The notes beneath the pieces are model-generated. The model did not search any database and was not told the origin of the DNA. It saw only the letters and a program-made list of their open reading frames with translations. From Coniocarpon cinnabarinum (taxonomy: Eukaryota): 64,000 nt of DNA. The position numbers and the translations under genes are program-made. This document shows, piece after piece, positions 40,126 to 50,422 of the stretch. Location of the stretch: contig JAVECO010000035.1 of NCBI GenBank assembly GCA_051942205.1, positions 1-64,000 of the forward strand. The letters run 5' to 3'. Position 1 is the first letter of the stretch, and each line of letters begins with the position of its first letter.

Positions 40126-41079
40126 ATGAGCCATAACCCGAACACATGGGGCATGCTCTCGCCGCAGAACCTGCCAGACGCCGAGGAGGTGCCTAACCTT
40201 CTCGGAGCAGTCGTGCTTGACTTTAATGAGCCACTGAACTTCTCCGCGCCAGATGACGTCAAGGGGTTTATGGACGGCTTTGCTGATCTAAAGATGAAAC
40301 CGACGGTGGATGGTGACTTCAATGCCCTGTACAGGATGTCCGCGTCACAGGAAGTCCTCGCTCGTCTGAATGATATCCTTGACACCAAGTTTGGGAAGTC
40401 CCGGAACAACGACCAAGACTTTAGATCACAAATCGTGCGCACGCATTCCTTGAAGTCGCCCGAAAAGATATTCGAGGCCATGAAATATCACCATGCACAG
40501 CGGCTCGACTACCTGTTTAGGAAGTCCAAAGAACGAGGACGCGAGATCCCGCTCGACAGGAAGGGCACCCTCTACATGATTGTAGGCGTCAAGACTTGTG
40601 CAAACGCTAGCATCGAGCGAACTTCTTCAGCGACGAGCGACAAGCAAGTAAAGGCGAAGCTGCCCGTGCGCGAGGCCCTAGCAGCATCCGGCGTGCCAGC
40701 TGGCCCAATATCAGCCGAGCCAGAGCTTCTTGTGAAATCGAACAACGCCGAGGCTGCTCAAACGTCCTTTACACTGACCGGCGAGAGAATTTTCGCCTTG
40801 CAATGCCTACTGGTCAAAAAGGTCAAGGAATGGCGAAGGATGCCGATGATGTCGAAGCCATCAGAGCCTGTAGACGTTCGAGGGCTAGCCAAGATGCCGA
40901 GGAAACTAGCACTTTACAGCGCTGAAGTTGAGCCGATAGAGGAGACTTCGAGATGGGAAGATATGGATGACAACGAATACGGCCTTGGGTCTTCAGGTCC
41001 AGACATATCGCTGGAGGATCAAGCACACGATTCAACTAGGTTCTTCGGATTTGACAGCGCCGAAACGATTTCTGAGTAG
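40126..41079 (+). CDS. Gasdermin-like pore-forming protein (fungal RCD-1/HET-Q1-like family), 317 aa
   Basis: Size and motif order (LLGAVVLDFNEP, TLYMIVGVKTCANASI, Ser/Thr-rich amphipathic beta stretches, GERIFALQCLLVK) followed by an acidic low-complexity tail; divergent from a CHAT protease gene. Confidence 0.72.
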   Translation: MSHNPNTWGMLSPQNLPDAEEVPNLLGAVVLDFNEPLNFSAPDDVKGFMDGFADLKMKPTVDGDFNALYRMSASQEVLARLNDILDTKFGKSRNNDQDFRSQIVRTHSLKSPEKIFEAMKYHHAQRLDYLFRKSKERGREIPLDRKGTLYMIVGVKTCANASIERTSSATSDKQVKAKLPVREALAASGVPAGPISAEPELLVKSNNAEAAQTSFTLTGERIFALQCLLVKKVKEWRRMPMMSKPSEPVDVRGLAKMPRKLALYSAEVEPIEETSRWEDMDDNEYGLGSSGPDISLEDQAHDSTRFFGFDSAETISE

Positions 41080-41179
41080 TCGAAGCTGAAGACAGCTTAC
41101 CAAATCAGGTGATATTCACACATTTGCCATGGACGTTCTATCGATAAAAGTCCAAGTGTGTACACAATTTCCCAATATG

Positions 41180-41200
41180 ACGCGTCGCGCTCACACGCGT
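41180..41200. promoter_or_regulatory. Paired MCB boxes (ACGCGT x2) upstream of PSF2
   Basis: ACGCGT at 41180-41185 and 41195-41200. Confidence 0.5.
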
Positions 41201-41614
41201 CTCTCGGTCCTTGGCGTGCTTGGCAATCCCATCTGGACTGGCTGCGGTGCTGCTAAAAAGTAACATTGCACCGCACCTTGCATCCCTGTGGAAGCAGAAC
41301 AACTCAACTCCTACCTACACAGTTGACCCAAGACACTGGACAGGCCCGAAAGACGATTCAGAGGTTCTTAGCTGGCTTAGAAGTCGAAAATAAGAGTCAG
41401 CTGCGAGTTGACTTTCTTACTTCTTTACACCATCAACGTAAGCTTCCAGCGTGCCAACCTTGCCAGTAGACCTACAATGTAGACATGGATACTGGTGATG
41501 CGGACATGACTGCAGAAATAGAGCAAAGGAATTCCTTGAACCAAGGGTGACGAATCGTAGTGCCGCACAAGGTTCAATGCACTGGATTCCTAGAACTCTG
41601 GCACTCTTAAGATC

Positions 41615-42433
41615 ATGGCTCAGCCCTCACCCCCAGGCCTACTACCAACTGAAATCGCCTTTCTCTGCGAGATGGAACTAGTCACCATCATACCACGTGA
41701 GCGCCTATCTAGCCTCCATCTTCTAGCTGTAAGCCTTGCTCTCTCTCCTTGCGTCTATCTTCCCACAGTCTCTTGTCTTTTAACAAGGGACCAGGGTGCC
41801 ACCCCGCCGCTTCGTCCCCCTCAACGCACCGCTCTTCCTCTTTGGCTCGCTCTCCTCCTCAAAAAGCAACGCCGCGCCGACATCGCACCACCACCATGGC
41901 TACATCCGCATTCTCTCCAGAGTATCCTGGAACAGGAAACTGCCGAGGCCAATCGCTACGCCTTTACTAACGCGCAGCCTCTGCCACAGCCCGAGGAGCG
42001 CAAAGACGCGTGGGACGTTGATACCTCGGATCGCGAGATCCAACCCACTCCACCTTTTGCGAACGAGAACACAGCAAGCGGAAGTGCTGAGCACCTGCCC
42101 TATCACTGGCTGTCGATCGCTCAAATTCTGCTTGCGAACGCAAGTGACGACATCGTGGAGCCCGAGAGCGTTCGGAGACTCCTGCGGGATTTGCGAGAGG
42201 TACGGGCTGCGAAGGTAAGGGCGGGAATGAACGTGTTAGATGCGGGAGCAGGCGTGCGCATGAATGGAGTAGGCGCGTTGGAGCTGGGAGAGGCGAGGGG
42301 ATTTGTGACTGGAGTGGTAGATGGCCTGAGAAAGATCGGCGCAGCAAGGGAAGCGCAGGGCCGAGAGGAAGGCGAAGAGCGGAGAGAAGGTTTAGCGCAG
42401 GGAGAAGGCAGTGAGGACGAAGACATGCTTTGA
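41615..42433 (+). CDS. PSF2: GINS complex subunit Psf2 (intron 41729-41794)
   Basis: [41 protein letters not shown] and [13 protein letters not shown]. Confidence 0.95.
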   Translation: MAQPSPPGLLPTEIAFLCEMELVTIIPRERLSSLHLLAVSLALSPCVYLPTVSCLLTRDQGATPPLRPPQRTALPLWLALLLKKQRRADIAPPPWLHPHSLQSILEQETAEANRYAFTNAQPLPQPEERKDAWDVDTSDREIQPTPPFANENTASGSAEHLPYHWLSIAQILLANASDDIVEPESVRRLLRDLREVRAAKVRAGMNVLDAGAGVRMNGVGALELGEARGFVTGVVDGLRKIGAAREAQGREEGEERREGLAQGEGSEDEDML

Positions 42434-42461
42434 TGGGCTCAATGGCTTCGGTGTGAACGGG

Positions 42462-43997
42462 CTACGCGGAGCATCTTCCGGGAATGAGGGAGGCCTGTGG
42501 TCCAACAAGACCGTCAAAATACGCGAGCAGGGTGTCGAGGAGTATTAGACCGTCCGGCGCGTTCAACATAGGCGACGAGCTGTTCAAGACCTGGCCTCCC
42601 CACAAGATCCGCACGAACCAGTCATTCCCAGCAGATTTGCTCTGATACAGCTCAAACACGACTTCAGCACCCATGCCGGGCCAGACCATCTCACTGACTT
42701 GCAAGATACTCAGCAAAGGCGCAATGCTCCCATCATGAGCGACATTGTGCCGGTAGATGCCAGCACCAGGGTCACCAGCAGCTTTCTGCCTCAAATGCTG
42801 GTTAAGCTCGGCTATCCACACGCCGTAACTCGCCACGCTTGCCTGTAGCGTCTTCGGACCAGCAGCACGGTATATCCAGCTGTACTCCCACTCACCAAGT
42901 CGAAAGACCTCATTAGCTTCGTCCTCTGTGACACAAGCTCCTGTCGTTGAGTTGCATGGAAGGGGCTTGCCGTGGCACAGTCGTGACGAAAGGTTGTCGA
43001 AGTAATGGTCCCAGCTTTGATGCCAGTCCGTGGCCGAAGCCGAGACACCCGAGATTTGATCCAGCGTTTCTACTAGAGAAGCTGACTGTGCAAGGTGTGA
43101 AGCCCACGTTAAATCGTTACTGCCGACTCCATACTGGGCCTTAAGACCGTCTGCTGCTGGACATGAGTACGTCGGTTCAAGAGAGTCGATCGAGTCTGGT
43201 TGGATCGAAAGTGGGAACGGCTCTGTGACGCTAAACATGCCATTTAGGACCATACCAGCTACTTGAGAAGTGATTACATTATTAGTGACTCGGAAACTGA
43301 CACCAGGCTGTGAGGAGTCATCGGACACGGAGTCCATACTCAAGCCTAGTCTACTAGAGTAGACTTCAAATAAGTCCCTGCCATGCTGCCAAGCGTCATC
43401 CAGGCCACCTCGCGTAAGCTGCGGAAACTCACAATCGCCTGGAAAGCCCGGTGCTTGAAAAGGATTCGATGGGTCTGTAAATACAGACCAGTACGTCTCA
43501 GCAGATGCGTTACCAGGTGGATTACGAGGGGAGCCGAAGTAGTACAGTGCCGTGTTGTTGCAGTACCACGGATATGTCTCAGTAGGAAATGTGTTCGCTG
43601 CGTACGGTGTTCGCTTATGATGTCGGTGTATCACTTCCACATACGATAGTTGCAAGCCTGATGAGTTGATTGCAGGGTATTCAGACTGTCGGACGTGGGG
43701 CATGTTGCACCAGTTGTAAGTTCCTGCATACGGAACACTTGGAGGGGTTTGTGATGAGTTGAAGATGAAGCCATTGACACCAGTGCCGTTGATTGCAGAG
43801 GCCAAAGACGAGACTTGAGTGTCTGCTGGCGGGTACCAGTTCAGGTCGATGGCTGCTGCAGTGGATGCATGGTTAATCAGCTGTATAGAAGCGAAGTAGG
43901 TGGGCCAGTGAGAGTAGATCATTTTCACGACGAAGAACGTAGGGATGGGAACGGCGAGAACGCAAAGCAACGAGGCTTTGCAAAACGATGCGACCAT
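42462..43997 (-). CDS. Secreted histidine acid phosphatase (start uncertain, alternative ATG near 43922)
   Basis: RHHKRTP (RHxxRxP) and AHDGS catalytic motifs; hydrophobic N-terminus; YNWCNMPHVR. Confidence 0.9.
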   Translation of the reverse strand: MVASFCKASLLCVLAVPIPTFFVVKMIYSHWPTYFASIQLINHASTAAAIDLNWYPPADTQVSSLASAINGTGVNGFIFNSSQTPPSVPYAGTYNWCNMPHVRQSEYPAINSSGLQLSYVEVIHRHHKRTPYAANTFPTETYPWYCNNTALYYFGSPRNPPGNASAETYWSVFTDPSNPFQAPGFPGDCEFPQLTRGGLDDAWQHGRDLFEVYSSRLGLSMDSVSDDSSQPGVSFRVTNNVITSQVAGMVLNGMFSVTEPFPLSIQPDSIDSLEPTYSCPAADGLKAQYGVGSNDLTWASHLAQSASLVETLDQISGVSASATDWHQSWDHYFDNLSSRLCHGKPLPCNSTTGACVTEDEANEVFRLGEWEYSWIYRAAGPKTLQASVASYGVWIAELNQHLRQKAAGDPGAGIYRHNVAHDGSIAPLLSILQVSEMVWPGMGAEVVFELYQSKSAGNDWFVRILWGGQVLNSSSPMLNAPDGLILLDTLLAYFDGLVGPQASLIPGRCSA

Positions 43998-44917
43998 GGA
44001 AGCATGTCTATAGATGGATGATGTCAAGAGGTGACAGCGACCTCCATATCGGTGCAGATATGGAGGGGAGGAAGGAGTCGCATGGAACAGATCGAGCGCG
44101 TGGCAAGCATCACGGTTTTCATTGGCCAGTTCCAGATAGACACATTCGTCAGGATAGCAACCCAAGTTGCTACCTCGATATGTTGTGGTTTGTTCTGTTC
44201 ACCCCCTCTGACAAGAACTATACGTGCCTATTTGCATGCACTCTGCGTCTTGGCAAGGACATTGGAAGGGATGTTTCATATCATCAAGGAGGGAATTGCG
44301 GGTGAGTGGCGGGCATGATCACGTGATAGCGCGCAAACTTCGCGAAAGAGATCGCCGCGCAGAAACCTTTATTTGGATTGCTTTAGCATCATCAACATGT
44401 TGTCGACTGAGGTTTGTTGAGAGTCATAGATTCTGCCTATAACAACAAACCTTCGGGACGGCACCTGCAATATCTGTTCTGCTCGTCATAGCTAATGGAA
44501 ATGCTTGTTCAATGAGGAGTATTGGCGCCAGCTCCTTAATCCGCTTCAAACCCTGCGCGCTAGCCCGAAACCTTTAGAAGCAGCGACGTCAACGTAGAGT
44601 AGTGAGGACAGACTCTTGCGTCTGAAGAAGTCTGGAGAGACAGTCTTTGTAACCCTGCCGCCAGCCAAAATGTTCGGAGCGTCTCGACCCTGGAAACCAG
44701 ATGTTTGTTGAACAATGGAGCTAAGATTGCTCCTTGCCTCAAGGCAACCACCTCGTAACGGGTACCCTTTTAAAGTGAGACGCCCCGCTCCAACGAGATT
44801 TTGCATCCGTCTCAACAAATCACAAACATCTTCTCGTCCACCATGATTTGCGCGTCTCGCTGAGCGGTCATTGAACACGTTTATTTTAGGTGGTCCTTCT
44901 AATTTTCTCATTGCATC

Positions 44918-46604
44918 ATGTCCGAGTGCACTTCGCCAGTCGCTGGCACGAAAAAGCGCAAGAGAGAGTCAGATGATGAGTCCAAGTCGAAAAGACCGCG
45001 CTTGAGTCACTCTCAGCCAGATGCTAGGACCAAGCGCAAGAGACAGTCTGATCATGAGTCCATGCCGAACAAGCGCAAAAGACAGTCTGATCTTGAGCAC
45101 AAGCCGAAAAGGCCGCGCTTGACTCGCTCAGCCTTGCGTACCCTTGACAAAGCAAATGAGGATCGTGAACGACGTTCAGCGGAGAACAGGGCTGAGCGAG
45201 CGTCGTCACAAGAGGAACTGATGACGACATCTCCTGCATCCATGTCTGGACATGAATTTGGCGTTGAGATACAGCTTGCGAGCAGAGGGGTGTGCTCTCT
45301 AGACCCAAGTCCTCTAGGCGAAAAATCAATCTACCCAGATGACATCGAAGAGTTCAAAAATGCTTTGCGTCGACCCAGAGCAACCCCACCGCCGACTGAA
45401 AGTGCCATTGCCGATTTGCATATCAAGAGGTCCAAGTTATCTGGCCAATCTTTTGTTCTCGCAGGATTGGTACGTATGCGCGACGTGTTTTGGGGCGGAG
45501 ATGTTCTTGTGGCATGACTGGTGATCTTTGGCGGTGGGCTGGCATTGCATCTACAGTCACCCAAGAGCTTCCAAATTGCTTCCAGTCGTGCTCTGGACGG
45601 AGAAAGAGCGATCTTCATTGACTGAAACGTATCGAGAAGCTGACAATGCCGTGAAGGTACCTTGGCTCGTCCAGCCTAAGTCATTCTTTGACGACGAGAA
45701 TCGTTCCATGATACATGATTCGACGTTCGCAAAAAGATCTTGTCTGCCCAAACAAAAGGGTGACGACCCTTTTCTCAAGTGTCCAAAGCCCTTTATGATT
45801 ATCGGATGGACCTCGAATTCTTTCTCCGATCATGCAACAGCCTTGAATAACCTCGAAAGTATGCTACATAGTGAGTCATGTATTGTTCAGACGAGCTTTG
45901 CTCATTCAAGCATAGAAGTTGCAGCCCCGCTAGCTTCAACATCAGATCTATACTTCCCAGTTGTCACAGTAGAAGCGAAGGTCAGTGGACAAGCAGGACT
46001 CCGCATCTCGTATAACATGATCAATACACTGAAGACTCTCGGATACTGAGATAAGTGACAGGGGCACGACAAACGCTTTGAGGCCTGCATTTTGCGGAAT
46101 GAATGGAACGCCGCAAATATGATCTACAACAAGCTCCGACTGTGGGAACTAGTAAAGCGCCACGGACAGTTTCTCAACGTGATCCAAGCCGTCACCATCT
46201 CTGTGACAAATGTGAGTGCCCGATGCGATTTCCTTGATTGTTGCTCAAGAGCATAAGTCAGCGCTAACCAGTGCTCACAGACAAAAATTGTCTACCGCTG
46301 CCATTGGGCAAAAGAGGGTACCGACAACGAGATCTACTATCTTTCTCGACAAGGCACGAGCTTCGACCTCGCCACTACCAACACAGAGGACCTTCAAGAG
46401 CTCCATCGGATCGTCCAGAATGCAATGGACTATTGCTTCAACGCGCGAGCGCAGTGGACCAAGGACTGTCTCAAGCTTGTCCAAGAATCCGGGCGCACAT
46501 GGGAGCATTGTCCCAAGATTCCTCACCCTGGAATGTGGCGAACAGACGTGGGCGAGGACAGCGGGATCTATGATCTTACCACCTCCGACTCGAGTGATGA
46601 GTAA
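44918..46604 (+). CDS. Hypothetical nuclear protein with basic repeats and a C-terminal PD-(D/E)xK-like region (multi-exon, ~3 introns)
   Basis: KRKR repeats, then KCPKPFMIIG, LYFPVVTVEAK, intron, NEWNAANMI, intron, VYRCHW...HRIVQNAMDY...RAQWTK, stop at 46602-46604. Confidence 0.55.
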
Positions 46605-47422
46605 TCTGTCCTGGTCTCGTTTACAGAGTAAAGGTCTTGGATACCAAGCGGGAGTCTTGTCTATTGAGTAAGATCATATGTACGGAATCAGTAGTTTCTT
46701 TTCTCAGAACTTAGAACCCACAATTGTATTATCCATTGCAAGACCGCGCGTAGCGCCCGAACTTACTCTGAGTGTGGGAGCTACATGACAATAACACCTA
46801 CACGTTGCTGTACGGCTGCAGCAGCAGACGACGCTGGTAACAGGGAGCACCATATCCATTGTCAACTCCTCGGCCGACGAGTTCCCGCATCAACGACTTC
46901 AGGGTCCTATGCAAGGGGAAGCTTTGCTTGAAGGCTGTTTCGAGTAAGACAAAAGTGTCAGTAAGTTTCAAAAGCATCAATATGACACTTCAGGCCTCTC
47001 CCCGATTCTATGGTAAAAAGTTTATTGCCTTCGTCATCCTGACAAAACTATTTTAGGGCTTGACTGCTCCACAGCAATTCAGAGAGCTAGCCTTGCGCTT
47101 CTACAGCTTCTGGACATGTGGCTTTTTGACATTTCAGAGGCCGGGATGCGACATGCTTGTTCGCTCGATCGCTGCTTGGCGGTTACGTTGTCTTACAAGA
47201 CCCGACATTCCGTCAAGATGCCGGCATTTGCAGTTTTGCGTATTCGCTCGATATTATACAAGCACCGCCAGTGCTATCAATATACATCGTAAGTACCAGA
47301 GTATGACCCAAGTCGAGCCACGTCTATAATATCTACTCTCCAATTCCTTGACGCCCATCTATTCGCCCAAGATCACGAACCACGTTGCGCTCTTTCCATT
47401 GAGTGCCTCTCAGAGCTCGGCT

Positions 47423-48208
47423 TCACTTCGGAAACTCCACTCCACTCACCTCCCCACACACCCTCAGGTATTCCTCCTGTGCCTTCTCATCCCACACACT
47501 CCGATGATGGCCGTTATTCGCCTTTCGGTCCATATAGTCCTTCCCACCCTCTATTTTCCCCTCACCAAAAGGTAAACCCGCAAGCCACGTCATGGTGTCG
47601 GCGCCGTCCTCCGTGCGTCCAGGTCCCATGAATCCATCAATCTTCGTGGCCACCCAACCCGGCGTGATGGACGCGCTCTCGACGTCAGGCCACTTCCGAG
47701 CCACAGCTGCCGCAAGCAGGCAGTTCTGCAACTTCGACTCGGCGTAAGCGCTGTAGGCATTCCAGCGACGAGACGTCCACGTGATATCCTTGAACGTAGG
47801 CGAGGCGTCGCGCAGAAGGCCAGAGGTGACATATGCCAGACGTTTCGGCTTCAGCATGAGACAGGTGAGCACATAAGGCGCGAGGCTGTTGATCTGGAAC
47901 GTGGCAGCCATGCCATCCGCCGTCTTTCGGTAAGGTCCAGAGTAGCCGATGCCCGCATTGTGGATGACCACGTCGAACGGCCGACCTTGGTTGGCTTTGT
48001 TGGCGTCCGCGGCGAGCTGCTTGGTTTCGGTGAGGGAGGCTAAGTCGCCGACAAGGATTCCTGAAGCGCCTGGAAGGGCTTTACGAGCTTGGGCAGCCCG
48101 GTCGGCGTTGCGAGCGTGAACGGTGACAGTATGGCCTTGAGCTATGAGATTGCGGGCGGCGAGATAGCCGATCCCGTCGGTCGAGCCGGTAATTAAAATT
48201 GAAGACAT
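47423..48208 (-). CDS. Short-chain dehydrogenase/reductase
   Basis: ITGSTDGIG (TGxxxGIG), IHNAG, YAESK (YxxxK) and PGWVAT; intronless. Confidence 0.92.
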   Translation of the reverse strand: MSSILITGSTDGIGYLAARNLIAQGHTVTVHARNADRAAQARKALPGASGILVGDLASLTETKQLAADANKANQGRPFDVVIHNAGIGYSGPYRKTADGMAATFQINSLAPYVLTCLMLKPKRLAYVTSGLLRDASPTFKDITWTSRRWNAYSAYAESKLQNCLLAAAVARKWPDVESASITPGWVATKIDGFMGPGRTEDGADTMTWLAGLPFGEGKIEGGKDYMDRKANNGHHRSVWDEKAQEEYLRVCGEVSGVEFPK

Positions 48209-49412
48209 TGCGGTACTGCTTTTGCTTTTTAAGGAATCACTAGACGGACAGCCGTGGAGGGCTGTGAAACGTTTAAATCGTCCCGCTCAATGTTGATTGT
48301 CTGTCGGAGCCGTGCAAGGCGATCGCGGACTTACTGCAGGCATCCGTAGTGACAGCCGAGCTCAGACGTGCGCAAACACCACTGCACTTCCTTCTTACTC
48401 TGTATAAAGCAAGCAGTATGGATGATGTCATATGCGTTTGAGTCAGGCGTGCGCAAGGAGATACGTGACTATCTCCTGCGTCGGAGGCCGAAAATGAAGT
48501 AGGTTTCCGACAGACGACTTGCTAAATGTTGCTTCTTTTTATACAGTATCCTCACTCATCAGACATCAGCTTCGTAAAGGGACAGAGGCAGTTGCTCTTT
48601 CAAATCTGATTTGATCTTCTGATAATTGACATGAGGAAATGAAGAAAAGCATCTGAGTCTGGATTCGACTTAACAGGTCTTCTACTGTTGCTCTTCTTTG
48701 CACTCATCTCCTTTTGCAGGCGAGTGCGATACAGGGACGTATGTAGCCGGATGAAAAGACTGCGCGTAGTCCTCGAGACAAGAATGGCCTGCGCCTCTGC
48801 TAGCCTTTCTGTCAGCTCGCCTTCTTGCAAATAATCACAATGGAGCACAATCCAATGAATGCAATTCTGACCCTTTGGCACTGCCTTTTTTTTTTTTTTT
48901 GCTTGCTCGCTGCATATCGGGTCCGGCTTCTTGCAGCAGTTCACACTTTCTACGCCAATAGTGAAAGCCTGCAGAAGACGATATCCCACTCATTCGAAGG
49001 TTTTGCTGGCAAAGTTTACGGACAGCAAAGAATGCAGCACATCGATGTGGTGCTTTGTGAGGTACAGAGAGCTTGCGCTGTCATATTCACAGATTCAGCA
49101 ACACACACAATCCCGGAATGATTGCCCTTTGGCTGACATTGTGCGTCGCAAAGACGAAGCACTTGCGTCGCTGGGGACTAGTGTTGTAGTCGATTTCTGG
49201 GCCGTCACTGTGCAGCCCCAGACGCGCGAAAACACTGGTTTTCAGGGCTCGTTGCCCACGTTCGGACGCCGCTACGCACGTGAGACAAGACATTGGATCC
49301 TGCAATGACTGAGGTCCACAAGCCTTGAAGCAAAGCGTCTGGCTCTGAAACCGACCCTGATTGAATGCTAAAGCTGACTGACACCCTTGCATTTTTGCCT
49401 CATTCACCCCTC

Positions 49413-49901
49413 CTATGTGGCTTGCTCGTTTTGCTCTCGTATGAAATCATCTTTCGCATCTTTGTAAGCTTGTCTCTCCCTGACATTCAGCCAGAGCTCC
49501 CTGAAAATGTTGCTGGCCTCCATCTTATCATCATGGTCTTTGTGATCTTTACTAACAGCGAGCTCCTCTCCGCGACTGCCGTCGTCTTTCTTTGCGTATT
49601 TTCTGCCGCCTTTGTGTCTTGCATACCTCTTGCTTCTTGTCATTCCCATCTGTATGAATTTGCGTGTCATGTCCATTCCAACAAAGTCGCCAGCAGCTTC
49701 ATAGACCTTGAAACGCTCCTCGAGATCTGCAGCTGACTGACGAGCAACATCAGGTGTCCGAAAGCGCCAAAGAGGGAGAATGGCGGATTTGTAAGGCTCG
49801 AATGTGAGAACGCCTTGTTCTCCGCGAGCAATACGGTACGACAATCGAAGTGATGTGTCATGGAGCGCAGGCGTCTCGATGTCCGATGTGCTTTTCCCCA
49901 T
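49413..49901 (-). CDS. DUF4385-like small basic protein
   Basis: YRIARGEQGVLTFEPYKS.ILP.WRF, DFVGMDM.RKF.QMG.TR..RYA.HKGGRKY; first in-frame ATG at 49901. Confidence 0.8.
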   Translation of the reverse strand: MGKSTSDIETPALHDTSLRLSYRIARGEQGVLTFEPYKSAILPLWRFRTPDVARQSAADLEERFKVYEAAGDFVGMDMTRKFIQMGMTRSKRYARHKGGRKYAKKDDGSRGEELAVSKDHKDHDDKMEASNIFRELWLNVRERQAYKDAKDDFIREQNEQAT

Positions 49902-50422
49902 TATGCTTACACAATGTGAGCATAATTTAAAAGCTTTTTCGGAGGGCCATGACCAAAAATACTGCGAAGCACAGCCAGACAAGGAGCCTAGACAAGGAGC
50001 AGTCTCGGCTCGAAAGACTATGAGATATTCGCAGCAGCTGAATAAGCTTGCCAGTACCGTCAAACCAGACGCAAGATGGTAAGATGGTGAAGGAAAGGGA
50101 GTTGACCAAAAGTATTTCTATAGAGTTCAAGCTCGGACCGATGACGTCGGCGCAATCGACGAGCAGGGTCGATCATGGTTCAGGTGAATGGTGTAAAGAG
50201 CTATATGTTATGGCATTTCGAATCTGTGAGCTTTTAGTCTGTAATGCTGATGTTGTATTGTCGTCGCCATCATTCGCAGCGCGGACGAACCTGGTTCACT
50301 CATACAGTTCTGGAACAGGGCCTATGATATATCATACAATCGTTAATTCCACATCCGTCTATGTTGCCCTTACATGTGCCACGAACACCCTCTGCAATGA
50401 TAAATGCATGTAAGCAATGGCC

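Noticed and set aside
48885..48900. Poly-T run as a retroelement tail
   Set aside because: No adjacent element body or target duplication seen; treated as a simple homopolymer.
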